Shown: positions 5,759 to 5,928 of the stretch, piece after piece
Position numbering within the stretch: position 1 is the stretch's first letter
Layout: each line of letters opens with the position of its first letter
From: Octopus sinensis
Taxonomy: Eukaryota
NCBI RefSeq assembly: GCF_006345805.1
Contig: NW_021829530.1
Span: forward strand, 1-5,928
Reading direction: 5' to 3'
DNA length: 5,928 nucleotides
Made by a program: the position numbers and the translations under genes
The notes under the pieces: generated by a model
What the model was told of the DNA's origin: nothing
The model's input: only the letters and a program-made list of their open reading frames with translations
Databases searched by the model: none

Positions 5759-5928
5759 CTATGTCAGGCTATTTTTTTTAGAACAACAGATTCTTTCGTT
5801 ATAGTTTTCTGACGAACCAACCTCTACTTCACTTAATGTCCAAAGTAACAAAGGTATATATGCTCATGATGGGGCGGATCAATTACCAAAAGGGATACTA
5901 GTATAATTTCGATTGTCCTAAAGAACCT

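Overview
AT-rich, non-coding eukaryotic DNA, not prokaryotic. By recall, the repeat families and (TA)/(TG)/(GGT) microsatellites match octopus (coleoid cephalopod) genomic DNA; this was not verified by search. No protein-coding gene can be supported: the supplied ORFs come from SINE or microsatellite sequence, apart from short unrecognisable unique stretches. The window holds ten tRNA-derived SINE units of three families (A, B and C, my labels), all on the + strand. These are a family-A trimer (536-1122) bracketed by a perfect 17-bp target-site duplication, a truncated family-B element fused to family A, a family-A dimer, two family-C elements with internal microsatellites, and an old family-A relic. 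The most interesting signals are how the SINE arrays are built (fixed internal re-entry point, divergent units, target similarity) and conserved, covarying stem-loops shared between different tails and families. I see no evidence of a new protein-based system.
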